Assembly (NCBI GenBank): GCA_013265495.1
Contig: MU058824.1
Coordinates: 2,135,111 to 2,199,110, forward strand
Reading direction: 5' to 3'
DNA length: 64,000 nucleotides
DNA from: Vicugna vicugna
Lineage: Eukaryota
The notes below the pieces were generated by a model, which saw nothing but the letters and a program-made list of their open reading frames with translations, ran no database searches and was not told the origin of the DNA. The position numbers and the translations under genes are program-made. Below, piece by piece: positions 11,460 through 25,452 of the stretch. How positions within the stretch are numbered: the stretch's first letter is position 1; each line of letters begins with the position of its first letter.

Positions 11460-12300
11460 GTATGTATGAATCCTTAAACAAGGAAGGTATGGTTTAGTTT
11501 CACCAATTTAGTATTGTCTATGTGTGAAATCATAAGGCATGTATTCATCTGTGGCTTTTCTTTTTTATGTTCAATATTTTGTTTCTGAGATTCATCTATG
11601 TTAATGTTTGTAGCTGAAGTTCATTCATTTTCACTTTCAAGTAGTATTGCATTGTATGAATATACCACAATTTATTTATGCACTCTGGTATTGATGGACA
11701 TTTGTGGGGTTTTTTTTCAGTTATTTATTGTTATGAACATGCTGCTATGAAAATTCTTTTATGTACCTTCTGGTGTACATGTGCAATATATGCCGCATCT
11801 CTGTGTCCTCTTTTTCTGTAACTAATTGTATTTATTTGAGCCTTCTCTCTCTCTCAATCTCTTTCCTTTTTGATTAATCTCATCAGAAGTTTGTCTATTT
11901 TATTAAGCTTTTCAAAAATCCAGGTTTCACTTTGTTGTTATCTCTATACTGTATTTTTATATTTTATTAATTCTTTTTCTTATCTTTATTTACCTTCTAC
12001 TTTCTTTGGATTTATTAGTGTTATAATTTCTAATTTACTATGGTAGAATACTTAGCTAATTAAATTTGAACATGTTTAAGGTAAATATGTTACAATTTCC
12101 CCCCTGAATACTACTTTAGCTCTGTCCCTCAGGTTTTGATATGCAATGTTTTAGTTATGGTTTGATCTGGATTTCTATTAGGATTTCTTCTTTGAGTTGA
12201 TTAGAATTGTTCTAAGTTTTCCAAACATGTAGGATTCTTTAGTTTTGTTGTTGTTGTTATTGATTCCTAGCTTAATTGCATGGTCAGAATCATGGTCCGA
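11460..12300 (-). mobile_element. Old L1 fragments
   Basis: Antisense L1 motifs (gtatgaatataccacaatttattt, gatggacatttg, gtttgtctattttattaagcttttcaaaaatccag); the element continues after 13450. Confidence 0.7.
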
Positions 12301-12311
12301 CACCAGTATTT

Positions 12312-13436
12312 TTTTTTCCAACAACTTAACTTTAATTAATTAATTAATTAATATTTTTTATTGAATTGTAGTCAGTTTACAATGTTGTGTCAATTTCTGG
12401 TGTACAGCACGATTCTTCAGTCATACACGAATATACATATGTTCATTTTCACATTATTTTTCACCATGAGCTATTACAAGATATTGAATCTATTTCCTTG
12501 TGCTATATAGTATAAACTTGTTTATCTATTTTATATATACCATTCAGTACCTGCAAATACTCCCAGTTTATCCCTTCTCACCCCACTCCCCGCTAAAAAT
12601 GACAATTCTGTGTTCTGTGTCTGTGAGTCTGTTTTGTTTTATGTATAAGTTCATTTGTCTTTTTGTTTTGAACATTTTTTATTGAGTTATAGTCACTTTA
12701 CAATATTGTGTCAAATTCCAGTGTAGAGCACAATTTTTCAGTTATACATGAACATACATATATTCATTGTCATATTTTTTTTTTGCTGTGAGCTACCACA
12801 AGATCTTGTATATATTTCCCTGTGCTATACAGTATAATCTTGTTTATCTATTCTACATATGCCTGTCAGTATCTACAAATTTTGAACTCCCAGTCTATCC
12901 CTTTCCACCCCTCTCCCCCTTGGCAACCACAAGTTTGTATTCTATGTCTGTGAGTCTGTTTCTGTTTTGTATTTATGGTTTTTTTTTTTAGGTTCCACAT
13001 ATGAGTGATCTCATATGGTATTTTTCTTTCTCTTTCTCGCTTACTTCACTTAGAATGACATTCTCCAGGGACATCCATGTTGCTGCAAATGGCGTTATGT
13101 TATCATTTTTAATGGCTGAGTAGTATTCAGTTCTATAAATATACCTACCACAACTTCTTTATTCAGTCATCTGTTGATGGACATTTAGGTTGTTCCCATG
13201 TCTTGGCTATTGTAAGTAGTGCTGCTATGAACATTGAGGTGCAGGTGTCTTTTGAATTAGGGTTCCTTCAGGATATATGCCCAGGAGTAGGATTGCTGGG
13301 TGATATGGTAGGTCTATTTTTAGTCTTTTGAGGAATCTCCATACTGTTTTCTACAGTGGCTGCACCAAACTGCATTCCCACCAACAGCATAGGAGGGCTC
13401 CCTTTTCTCCACACCCTCTCCAGCATTTATTATTTG
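12312..13436 (-). mobile_element. Young lineage-specific L1 3' insertion with two tandem 3'-end units
   Basis: Antisense L1 3' end (ccaggagtaggattgctggg...aatctccatactgtttt). Two related terminal units (~12345-12660 and ~12670-13000) lie inside one imperfect target-site duplication, ccgacaccagtattt (12297-12311) / ccgacaccaatcttt (13437-13451). Confidence 0.8.
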
Positions 13437-15400
13437 CCGACACCAATCTTTTGAGGCTTGTTTTATGGGGTTAGCACCTGGTCAATACACAAAAGATGTT
13501 TCACGTGTGGTAACATTCCATGAATGGCATTTGGCTTGTTAATTGAGCTGTTCAAATATTCCTTGTGCTTATTGATATATTTGTTTGCTTGATCTATTAT
13601 TATTGAGAGAGACGTATTCACTGTGATGGTGTGTTTTACTTCTGCCAGCTTTTGCTCTGTATATTTTAAAGCTATGTTATTAGGTGCAGACAAGTTTAGA
13701 ATTATTATCTTCCTTGTGAATTAAAAGTGTTATTATTATGAAATGACCCACCTTATTTCTAGTGAGGTGGTTTTTTTCTTTTGCAATGAAATAAGATTTT
13801 GTCTGATATTGTCATAATTACACAGGGTTTGTTTTACTAACCTGATTTATTTCTATATTAAAACTTAATACTTTTAAATAGTAGATTCACATGCACTTAT
13901 AAGAAATAACACAGAAAAAAAAGAAATAATACAGAGAGACCCTGTGTAGCCTTTATTCAATTTCCCCCAATGGTAACAACTTATAAAACAACAGTATAAT
14001 AACATGACCAGGATAGCAACATTCATATAGTCAAGATACAGAACATGTCAGTCATCACAAGGATCTCTCATGTTTTGCTTTTATATCCACACCCACTTCA
14101 CTCCTACCTGCAGCCTCTCTTTAACCTTTGGCAATCTCTGAGCTGTTCTCCATTACTGTAATTTTTTCATTTCAAGAATGTTATATAAATAGAGTCATAC
14201 AGCATGTTACCTATTGGAATGGGCTTTTTTTCACTGAGCATAATTCTCTGGAGGTTCATCTAAGTTGTTGTGTGTATTGATAATGCATTCCTTTTTATTG
14301 CTGAGTATTATTCCACAATATGGATGCACCATAGTTTGTTTAACTGTTTACCCATTGAAAGACATCTGGGTTTTTTTCCAGGTTTTTTTTTTTGCTGTTA
14401 TGAATAAGCTGCTATAAACATTCATGTACAGGTTTTAGTGTGGGCATAGTCTTTATTTCTCTGGGATAAGTGGCCAGGAGTGCAACTGCTGAGTTGTATG
14501 GTTGTTGCATGTTTAGCTTTATAAGAAACCGCCAAATTGTTTTCTAGAGTGGCAGTCCCATTTTACATTCCCATCAGCATTGTATGAGTGATCCAGTTTC
14601 TCTGACTCCTTGCCAGTGTTTGGCATTGTCACTGCTCTGTTTTTGTTTTTTTAGTCATTGTGATAGGTATGCAGTGATATTTCATTGTGGTTTTAATTTG
14701 CATATGCCTAATAGCTAATGATGGTGAACATCTTTTCATGTGCTTATTTGCCATCTGTGTATCCTCTTTGGTGAAGTATCTCTTTTGTCTAATTTTTAGT
14801 TGGATTGTTTCTTTTCTCACTGTTGACTTTGAGAGTTGTCTATATATCCTAGATATGAATCTTTTGTCAGTTATGTAGTTTGAAAATATTTCCTTCTAGC
14901 TTGTCTTTTATTCCTTTTAACAGGGTCTTTCCTAGACAGATGTTTTTAATTTTAATAAAGTCTTATTTAGCAATTTTTTCTTTTATGCATTGTGCTTTGG
15001 TGTCAAGTCTAAGAACTTTTTGCTTGCCTAGTCCTATATCCCAAATATTTTCTCCCATTTCTTCTAAAAGTTTTATACTTTTACATTTTATATTTGAGTC
15101 CATTATCCATTTAAAGTTAATTTTTGCATAAAGTATGAAATTTAGATTGAGGTTCTTTTTTTTTTCTCCTGTGGATGTCCAATTGCCACAACACCATTTG
15201 TTGAAAAGGCTATCTTTCCTCTGTTGGATTGCTTTTACAACTTTGTCAAAAATCAGTTGGTTTTATTTGTGTGGGTCTATTTTTGGGTTCTTTATTCTTT
15301 TTCATGGATCTATGTGTCTTTCCCTCTACCAATACCATACAGTCTTGGTTACTGTAGTATATAAGAAGTCCTGAAATTGGGTAAATGATTCCTCTCACTT

Positions 15401-15766
15401 TGCAATGGGTTAAATGTTTGTATCCCTTCAAAATTCAGTTGTTGAAATCCAAATTCCCAATGTGAAAGTATTAGGAGATGAGGCCTTTGGGAGGTAATTA
15501 GGTCATGAGGATGGAGCCCTCCTCAATGAAATTAATGTCCTTGTAAAAGGACCCCAGAGAGCTCTCTCATTCTCTTTCTGCCACATGGGAATACAACGAG
15601 AAGTCGGCAGTCTGCAGTCTAGAAGAGGGCTCTCACCAGACCTTGACCGTACTGGCATTCTGATCTCAGATTTCTAGCTTCCAGAGCTGTGAGAAATAAA
15701 TTTTTATTATTTATAAGCCACCCAGTCTATGATATTTTGTTATAGTAGCCCAAACTGACTAAAATA
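15401..15766 (+). mobile_element. MaLR solo LTR (MLT1A/MST-like) nested in the L1
   Basis: Starts with TG; gtattaggagatgaggcctttgggaggtaattaggtcatgag; tgtgagaaataaa...gttatagtagcccaaactgactaa; near-identical 5-bp flanks cactt/tactt. Confidence 0.88.
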
Positions 15767-18213
15767 TACTTTATTCTTTATTCAAAATTATACTAACTAT
15801 TCTAGTTCCATTGCCTTTACGTAAATTTTAGCATAATCTTATCTATATCAACAAAAGTTCTTGCTGAGATTTTGATAGGAATTACATTAAATCTGTATGT
15901 CACTTTCAGGAGAACTGACATCTTCAGGTATTGCGTTTTCCAACCATGAACATAGTATGTCTTTCTGTTAAGATTTTCCTTGATTTCTTTCATCAGTATT
16001 TTATAGTTTTCAGCATACAAGTTCTGTACATGTTTTGTTAGAATTACACCTAAGTTTTTTTTCAGTGGTTGTAAATGGTATTATATTTTTAATTTTGATG
16101 TCCACATTTTCATTATTAGTACATGGAAATATATATCCTGTGATCATTTATTGGTTCTAGGAGTTGGGTGGTTTTTTTTTTTTTGGTAGAGTCGTTGGGA
16201 TTTTCAATCATGTCATCTGAAAATAGGGACAGTTTTATTTCTTCTTTTCCATTCTGTATTCCTCTTATTTCATTTTCTTGTCTTTTTGCACTGGCTAGAA
16301 CTTCCAGTATGGTGTTGAATAAGAGTGATGAGGTGGACATCCTTGCCTTGAGCTTGATCTATAGGAAAAATACTCAATCTTTCATCATTAAGTATGTTAG
16401 CTGTAGGTTTTGGGTATATATTCTTTATCAGACTGAGAAAGTTCCCCTCTGTTCCTGTTTTTCTGCGAGTTTTTATCATGAAGTATTAGTCAAATACTTT
16501 TCTGCACTGGTTGATATGATTATGCAGTTTTTTCTTTAGCCTGTCAATATGGTGGATTACAAAAATTAACTTTTTGACTGTTGAACTAGACTTGCATCTC
16601 TGAAATAAACTCTGGTTGGTCATAGTGTATGATTCTTTTAATATATTGCTAAATTCTATTTGCTAATATTTTATTAAAGACTTCTGTCTCTATTTATCAG
16701 GACTATTGGTCTATAGATTTTTCTTTCTTTTCTTTTCTTTTTTTTTGTGTAACCTTTATCTGATTTTGGTATCAGGACAAACTAGCCTCATAAAATAAAC
16801 TGGGGCACTTCTTCCTCTTCTATTTTTTGGAAGAGATTGTGTAATTGGTGTTAATTATGTAAGTTTTTGGTAGAATTTTACAGTGAAATCATCTGGCCCT
16901 GGAAATTTCTTTTTGGGAATTAAAAAAATTACAGATTCAATTTCCTTCACAGTTATAAGGCTATTCAAATTATCTACTTCATATTGGGTAAGTTGTAGTG
17001 GTTTTTGTGTTTTGAAGAATTGGTCTGTTTTATCTAAGTTGTCAAATTTGTGTATTTTTAGTTGTTTGTGGAATTCCTTTTTTATCCTTTTGATGTCTGT
17101 GGGGTCTATAGTGATATCCTCTGTTTCACTCCTGTTATTAGTGATTTGTATCTTCTCTCTTTTTTCCATGATCAGTTTGCTAGAGGTTTGTCCATTTTAT
17201 TTATCTTTTCAAAGAACCAGCTCTTTATTTCTTTGATTTTTCTCTGTTGTTTTTATTTTCCATTTCAATGATTTCTACTCTTACCTTCCTTCCTCCTTTC
17301 CTATCTTCCTTCTTTACTTACAGTGTAATTGACCTACAACTCTATGTTAGTTCCAGGTGCACAACAGTGATTCAATATTCCTATATGTTACAAAATGATG
17401 ACCACGTTAAGTCTGGTTACCACCTGTCACCATACAGAGTTATTTCAATATTATTGACTGTATTCTCCTTTTTGTACTTTCTTGATGTGGAAGCCTAGGT
17501 TATTGATTGGAGATTTTTCCTTTTTTCCAATGTATGCCTATAGTGCTATAAATTTCCCTCTCAGTACTGCTTTTGCTGTGTCCCATAGCTTTTAATATGT
17601 TGTTTTTATTTTCATTCACTTCCACGGCTTCAAAAAAATTTTCCTTGAGATTTTCTTTTTTACTCATGGACTATTTAGAAATGTGTAGTTTCCAAATGTT
17701 TAGAGGTCATCTTGTTATCTTTCTTAGAGAAATTTGGAGCACTCATTCTGTATAATTTCAGTTCTCTTAAATATGTTGGGTTTTGTTTTTATGGCCCAGG
17801 ATATATGGTTCTGGTACATGTTCCATAGGCATTTGAAAAGCATGTGTATTCTGCTGTTTTTGAGTGTTCTACAGACTTTGACTACATCTTCTTATTTAAT
17901 GGTATTGTTGAGTTGTTCTGTATCTTTACTAATTTTCTGTTGAGTTGTTCTATCAATTATTGAGAGAGGGTTGTTGAAGTTTTCAATTATAATTGTGAAT
18001 TTGTCTCTTTATCCTTTCAGTTGTATCAATTTTGCTTTACATATTTGGTAACTGTTGTTTGGTCCATACACATTTAGGATTGGTAAGTGTTGGTGTTGGA
18101 TTTACCCTCTTGTCATTATGTGATGTCCCTCTCTTTTCCTAGTAATTTTCTTTGCTCTAAAGTCTACTTTATCTGATAGTAATACAGCCTTCCTAGTTTT
18201 TTTTATTAATGTT

Positions 18214-18248
18214 TATATTATATATATATGTGTGTGTGTGTGTATGTA

Positions 18249-18290
<42 letters not shown>

Positions 18291-18462
18291 CTTTTTTTGT
18301 TTTATANNNNNNNNNNNNNNNNNNNNNNNNNNNNNNNNNNNNNNNNNNNNNNNNNNNNNNNNNNNNNNNNNNNNNNNNNNNNNNNNNNNNNNNNNNNNNN
18401 NNNNNNNNNNNNNNNNNNNNNNNNNNNNNNNNNNNNNNNTATATATATATATATATATATAT
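18214..18462. repeat. (TA)n/(TG)n microsatellite with a 133-N assembly gap (18307-18439)
   Basis: Directly visible dinucleotide repeats on both sides of the N run. Confidence 0.95.
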
Positions 18463-18523
18463 AATCTTTTTGCTTTCAACTTGCCTATGTTGCTGTATTA
18501 GAAGTGAGTTTCTTATAGATAGC

Positions 18524-18995
18524 TATGTTAATTTTCTATAGCTTCTAAACTAAGTTACCAGAAACTTGGTGACCTAAAACACTACACATTTATTCTCTCA
18601 TAGTTCTGGAGATCATAAGTCCTAAATCAGTTTTACTAGGCTAAAAATCAAGGTTTTGGCAAGGCTGGTTTCTTTTTGAGACTGCAGGGGAGAATCTGTT
18701 CTTTGTCTCTTCCAACTTCTAGAGTCTACTAGTATTCTTGATTCATAGTCACATCATTCCTATCTCTTGCTTTTGTTGTCATGTCTTCTGTTTTTCAATT
18801 AAATCTCTCTCCCTCCCTTTTACAGGGACACTGGTGATTGTATTTAGGGCCTACTTGGACAATCTAGGATAATCTCCCCGTTTCAAGATTCTTAACTTAA
18901 TCACATCTGCAAAGACCGTTTTGCCATAGGTAACATTCACAGGTTCCAGGAATTAGGACCCGATGTCTTTGGGGACCATCATCCAGTCTCCCACA
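18524..18995 (-). mobile_element. MaLR LTR (MLT1C/D/E-like)
   Basis: catttattctctcatagttctggag; taatcacatctgcaaagacc; ggtaacattcacaggttccaggaattaggac. Confidence 0.8.
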
Positions 18996-19869
18996 ATAGC
19001 ATATAATTGCGTCCCTGCTCCCCACTTGGCCTTTGCTGGTGTGGGTGTGGGTAGTGTCAGTTTCTCTGTGATGTTTGACTGGAGTAGTTTTCTGCCTTGG
19101 TGGGCTGTCCTTTTCCTGCTTGTTTGGCTAAGGGGAGCAGGGTTTGGGGGGGCCTTTTTCCTGTGCCCTTTGGCATTTTCAGATTACCAGTTTCTTCAGC
19201 TTCAAGTCTGAGATATGAGGCAAAAAGAAGATACATTTATTTTTATCCACACTTATCCTGAGTATATGTACCTTTGGAAACCCCAGCTTTTGTATGGTAT
19301 CCTCCTACATTCTCAACCTAGAACAGGCCCTAGACTTTTCTCTCTTGTCCCCTGTACCTCACAAAGCCTACAGAACGACTCTGGGCCTCTGGGATTGGGC
19401 AGATAGATACCCTCAGGGCAAGAGCTGCCTTTAGGGCTTGCTCACCTCCCAGAATTCCTGCTTTCATTTCATTTTGGGCCTCTGTAGATTTTTTTTTTAT
19501 ATCTCTTGCCCACTCAGCAGTGCATTTTAAAAGACATTTCATCCGGGTATTTTAGTTGTTTCTACTGGAAGATTCTTTAAGGGTGTTCGGTCCTCATTGC
19601 TGATGGAAACAGAAGTTCCAGTGCTTTTTTCCACAGGATGTCTGTACCCACATCTCAAAGTGTCAACATTACCCAGGGCTTTGACCTTGATAGAGTTTGT
19701 GTGCCTTTTATAGGGTCAGGGAAATCCTGACTCTCACTGTAATGGAAAAGATGGGAGGAACATATTTTAAATTTAATTTTATTTCATTTTTTTTCCAGTT
19801 TCGTGAGATATAATTAGCATATAACTGGAGGAGCAGATTTTAGAGCCCTCTTCACAAATCCTGTCAGCT

Positions 19870-20297
19870 TATCTTGGCAAAAGCCTTTATTTTGTAGGCG
19901 CACATCCCTTTCTTCTGATAACATCTGATTTTGCTTTGTGGAAGTTACCCCTCCTTCAGTGGATGTGATCAAACTGGACTGTCTGTTGGTCAGTGTCCCC
20001 AGTTCCCTGCTAGCCGAGAGGGGTGTGTGATACCAGAGAGATTGGTCAGACAACTCCCTGAAATTTGAATTGTGAGTCCAAATAACTGACAATCTGATTC
20101 ATCCTGACAGTGGCACTCAAAAGAGCTCATCCGTTAGATTTTACCTGCTTGCCTGACTTCTGCCTTTTTAAAGACCTGTTCCTCAGCTTTCCTTTCAGTT
20201 CTGTGAACTATCCTATGGCCTTTCAATACACTCCTGTTACTGCTGAGTTGTTCAGAGTTGTATTTTGTTGCCTGCAACCAAAGAAGCCTGATTGATA
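19870..20297 (+). mobile_element. MaLR LTR remnant (old MLT1)
   Basis: 3' end ttcagagttgtattttgttgcctgcaaccaaagaagcctgattgata is typical of old MLT1 LTRs. Confidence 0.55.
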
Positions 20298-21559
20298 ATG
20301 CTGTGGGAAGGGATGCACAACCTTGTTCTCCTTGGGTACCACTGGAATGCCTGTGAGAGGATGGGTGTGGAACCAGGAAATGTGGGTGGATGAGACTTTA
20401 GTGAGCACCTGATATCTCAGAGACTTAGGCCTGGAAGAGTCTTCGGAAGTTATTTGGACCCAACTTCTGTCCAGGGAATGGATTCCCTTATAACATCCCC
20501 ACCAACTGTTTTTTTCAACTGTGTTTGGACATTCCTCCAGAATGAAGAGCTTATTACTGCCTGAGGCAGCCAGTATCACTCTTGGCTACCTCTAAGTACT
20601 TCAAACTTCTTCATTTTACTGACGGAAGTCTGATGCTACATGGCATTGATCCTATCTGTGTGCCCCTCTTCAACATCTCTGTCCTGGAAATGCCTCAGAG
20701 ACTTGAAGAAAGAGAATTGTACCACAGTCTGACTTTCTTCAGATTCACAAGCCTAATTCTTCCAACTACTCCTCCCAGGAGACAGGCTGCAGCCCCTTTC
20801 CCATCCTGATAGTCTTCTCATGATACATTTCACTTAATCAATGTCCTTCAGAAATGTGAAGCTCAGGGCCAATCCAGACACCCTGAACAGGGCGAAGTCC
20901 AGCAGGGCCATCACTTCCTCGCTCCGAGCACTCTACTTCTTTTAATGTAGCCTCAAATGAAGTTTATTATTACAGCAGCTTCATGACATTCCTGAGTCAT
21001 AGTGAGCATAGCACTGGCTAAGCTGTCTTCACACATGCTGCTACCCATCCCGGATTCCCTGGCTGGCCCTTGTGCTGTTGGTTTTTTGAGCTCACAGCCC
21101 CACTTAAAAATGGCAGGTCTTGCCCAAGTTTTCTATGGTACAGTCAGAAAGATCTTACCATGGGGTCAGTGGTTTCTAGATTCCCCTTGGAGTGTTTGCT
21201 CTAAATATTCAGAAGAAGGGAATGTAGGAAACAGTGCCTCTCTCTCTGGCAGTGCCCAAACTCAGCTTGGAACAGAAGTCATGAATGTTAATTCTAAGAA
21301 AACCTCAGGCCAGATTGGGGTTGGCTGAGGCCTCCAAAAGTAAGCCTCTCACCTAAAGGTTGTAATACATGTTATTCATTTCCTTTTGGGAGCAGTTAAT
21401 TCTAATCTTAATGTCAGACTTAAAGGCCAGCAGAAAGTGGGTTGATTCTGCATTTATTGACACTGTACGTAGTCATGTTTTCAAAGGCTGCAAGGTGGAC
21501 TTGAATATTGTGAGACGTGGCTGTGAAACCCAGTGTCACCGGGCTGGGCAACCAGGCGT

Positions 21560-21956
21560 CCTAAGCTTAGGCCTAGGCTCCTTGGAGGTCAGCTCCCCTG
21601 GCCCTCCTTTTCTCCCAGCTCACTCACATGCTTGCTGGCAGGGTTGGCTCTTTACAGGCTATTGAATTAAGATCTCAGTTCCTCGTAAGTCCCTTGGTTC
21701 CTTACCATTTGGTCCTCTACATACAGCATCTTACAATGTGGCAGCCTGCTTCATTAGAGCAGACAAGAGAGCAAGTGCTAGCAAGACAGAAGTCTCTCAT
21801 AACCTAATCACGGAAGGGACATCCTATCACTTTTCTCATACCCTGTTCATTAGTAGCAAGTCACTATGTCCAATCCACACTCAATGGGAGGGGATTACAC
21901 AGGCTGTGAATACTGAGGGTTGGGGGGAAAGTTGGGAGACATGAATCTGCCACCAT
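21560..21956 (-). mobile_element. MaLR LTR remnant (MLT1F/G-like)
   Basis: ataacctaatcacggaagggacatcctatcactttt...agcaagtcact...ggattacacaggctgtgaatac. Confidence 0.65.
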
Positions 21957-24519
21957 AGTGTGTGACTCTATGGGGCAGGCGCAAGGGAGAGATGAGGTAT
22001 GAGATGTCAGACCTGGGATAACCATCAGTGCTATCTAGAAGGTGAGCGTAATAGGTTGTGGACAGACACTAGGGGCTTGGGGACCCAGGCTGTGTCTGGG
22101 AACCCTGGGTCTGAGTAGCCTATAAGATTGGGCCCAGATCTGAGTGGGTATTAGTCCTAAGTCCCCAGGACCCAGGCTGAGTAGCCAAAGTCAGGGTTGA
22201 CCCTCACACTTCTTACTACCAAGCCAGTTTTCTAGGTCTACATGCTGTGAGCACCCACTGCAGGCAAGGCACGATGCCAGAAACAGCATTATACCTGAGC
22301 CAGGAAGCTGCTGTGTTCATTTGCAAAAATCCATGCAATGTAACAGCAAGAGCACTGGGTCAGAGCCTGCTGTCCTGAATCTAGCATGGGCTCTGCTGTA
22401 GATGCTAATGACCCCTCTTTGGGCTTTAGTTCCCCATGCTATGAACACCAGTGCAGTAAAACTTCCCCCATCCCACGTCACCCTGTCACTTTGAAGTTGC
22501 TTTGAGGACTTCATGAAATAGTGACATGGAAGGGCTTGGAAATAAACTATCTCACCACAGCATACAGAAGCTTTCATCTTATGCAATTCCATTCTCACGT
22601 TTGTGTTCAGGGGAGGGGGACTCAGACTCATCAAATGTTATGCTAAAGGGACACTGTAGGCCATCTTACTGGCCCCAGCTACACACATCTACCCAGTGTA
22701 CAAGCGAGAAGGGACTATGGAAGGCAAGGGACTCACCCAAAGTCACACATGAAGTTGGTGGCTGTGGAGGGGTGAGGCCAAGTCTTTTGACTTCTGGCCT
22801 CGTGCTTCTCTGAGAAGTAGGAGCCTCATGATGCAAAGTGGTATCACTTAGAAGCTCGGGTGCCCAACTGCCTGGCTTCAGACTCTGCTCCTATCATTTC
22901 CTAGTTCATGGTCACTACCTCCCAGGGGAGTTTGTGGAGACTGAAAGCACTAAACAGTGCCTGCCACATAGCTCACTGAATGTTAGCCATTCCTGTTGGT
23001 ATCAGAGAGGGAAGGCAGGGCTGTGCCCATTTTATTGTTGGGGAAGCTGAGGCTGAAACTTGCCTAGGTGTCTGAACCAGGCCTTGAACCAGTACTTTTC
23101 TGATGAAGGCAGGTGGTCTCTCAGAAAACAGGAAACTACCAAAGTTCAGTTTTGACCATTATTAACAATCGTCAGACTCCAGGTTCAGTTCATGCTTGTG
23201 TGTGTGGTCTACAGGGGGCAGTGGAGGCAGCCCAGGTTTCCTGAGGATCAATTCAGGAGAAATCTTCAAAATGAGACCTGAAAGCCCCTGTCTGAGGAGC
23301 CAGATGTCTGCCAGGGCTTGTAACTTACCGGCTGGCGGACCTTGCAGCAGTGTTTCGGGAAAGCCGTTTATGTTCGTTATGGTTTGGGATTTGGGTGGAA
23401 AGCCCGTTTCAGTTCTGGGGTTTTGCTCTCCTATCGGGCCCGCTGCAGGCCCAGACGGGCCCCTGTTGGAAGGAAGTCAGCCCTCCTCCCTCAAAGGAGG
23501 AAGGGCCCTCCTGTCTGTGGTTGGCGCATTGTACTTGCTGGATTCCAGGCTGTCAGTCTCACAGCAGAGCTCTGGGACGCTTAGCCTGCAGATTGTTTTG
23601 TTAGGTTTCTCCTACAATTAATTTGGAAATTACCCAGCTGCCCACAGCCTCTCCCAGGTGTTCTGTAAACTACGGGCCTGCGCCTGCAGCTTTTGCCTTG
23701 GTGGGACCAACACTGCCTAAAGCTGGGAGGGTCCAGGTAGGGTGATAGGAGGGTGACAAGAGGCCTACGATGGCAGAGCTCATTTTAAGCTCTAGCCAGT
23801 CCCCTTCAGCTTTGGCACTAACCATTCTACTTTGTAGGATCTGAAGCAAGCAGATCCACACACTCTGCAGACATTATCTTTAAGCCTCACACGCCCTGTG
23901 GAGGTAAGTCAGGGGCGTGTAGAGGATCCACCCTACTTAGAGGCCTGAAGAGAGAGGATTTCCTTGGAGCTGCAGTCAAAACCAACACGCAAGCCTCCCG
24001 ATTCTCACATCCAGGGAGGAAAGATCCTCACGTGTCTGATTCATTTTGCTGTGGACTTTGTTCCGCCTGGGTTGAATCCTTCTTATGCAAAGGTCCGAGA
24101 CCTTAAGCTTGTCCTCTCTTCTTGGACCTCAGTTTCCTCATCTGAACAAAACCTGCTACTTCCCAGGGCAGTAGGGAAGATCCAAAGGATAACATATTGT
24201 GGAATTTCTTGGTACACCCTGGATACAGCCACTCTTCGATAATGTCAGGGTTACCATTAGTCAGTGGTGCCACTGCTGGGCCACTTGAGGCTGGGGAAGA
24301 GCAGAGGTGTGCGAGAGCCCTGACCAGGGGTCTACGATGTTAGCTCACTGTGTAACCGTGGAAAGTTACCTGCCCTGGTCCTTGGTATTTTCCTTTTATA
24401 AAACAAGAGGTGGGACTAGATAACCTTTCAGCTGCATGTTTATTTATAAGAATGACCAAGGAAATCTCAAAGGGAAAACCAAGAGTCAGTTTTTCCCTGC
24501 CCATAAGGGTCATCTTCTG

Positions 24520-25452
24520 AGTCAGTTAGGACGTATTTGGCTGCAAGTCATAGGAAGCCCAAGGTTGAGAGGCTTACACTTGGAGGACATTTGTTGTTGC
24601 CCACAGGTGTAATGAATCGTTCCAGGGCTGGTTCCTTCAACAGCTCAATGATGTCATCAGGCATCCAGGTTATTCCCACTTTTTGACTCTGCCATCCTCA
24701 GCAAGTTGGTTTGTTCACCTAGGCTGGCACCCTCTGAGTCCTACGTGACTGCCCCACTTCTAGGAGTCACACTCTGACAACATTAAGAGGAAGAAAAGGG
24801 CTGTTTCTCTTCCCCTATCTCTCTCTCTCTTTTTAAACATTTTTTATTGAGTTATAGTCATTTTACAATGTTGTGTCAAATTCCAGTGTAGAGCACAACT
24901 TTTCAGTTATACATATTCATTGTCACATTGTTTTTTTGCTGTGAGCTACCACAAGATCTTGTATATATTTCCCTGTGCTATACAATATAATCTTGTTTAT
25001 CTATTCTACATTTTAAAATTCCAGTCTGTCCCTTCCCACCCCACGCCCCCTTGGCAACCACAAGTTTGTATTCTATGTCTATGATTCTGTTTCTATTTTG
25101 TATTTATGTTTTTTTTTTTTTAGATTCCACATATGAGCGATCTCATATGGTATTTTTCTTCGCCTGTCTCTTTAAGAACAAAGACATATTTTTGAGAAGC
25201 CCCAAGCAGATTTTTTTGGACATCTCATTGGCCAATAAAGCATCCTGTGCCTGTTTCTAAATAATCACTGGCAAGAGTGATGGAATCATGACCATGCTTA
25301 CCTTAGACAAGTCCAAATTGAGCCTTTGGGTACCCCAAGGGATAAGACTGCCCCTAAAACACATGACCAACTGCAACCTGGACAGAATCAGGGTCTGGGG
25401 AGCAAAGAAGAAGGGGGAAATGCCTGGGTAGACAACTAGCAGTGTCTGTCAC
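24520..25452 (-). mobile_element. Old MLT1 LTR interrupted by a young L1 3' end
   Basis: agtcagttaggacgtatttggctgcaag, cagctcaatgatgtcatc, catctcattggccaa and gggtagacaactagcagtgtctgtcaca. Confidence 0.65.
24830..25160 (-). mobile_element. Young L1 3' end, same family as the unit at 12670-13030
   Basis: Close match to 12670-13030 (aacatttttattgagttatagtc...tgtgagctaccacaagatcttgtatatatttccctgtgctatac). Confidence 0.85.

Larger units (their letters stand above)
13870..18520 (-). mobile_element. Degenerate L1 covering the 3'UTR and most of ORF2
   Basis: Minus-strand ORF fragments resemble L1 ORF2p: [78 protein letters not shown] (RT), DITIDPTDIKRI...PGPDDFTVKFYQ. Many stops and frameshifts. 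Confidence 0.92.

Noticed and set aside
14629..17271. ORFs with reverse-transcriptase-like peptides
   Set aside because: Fragments of a degenerate L1 ORF2, not a host gene or an active element.
18209..18541. ORFs spanning the N gap
   Set aside because: Artefacts of the dinucleotide repeat and unknown bases.
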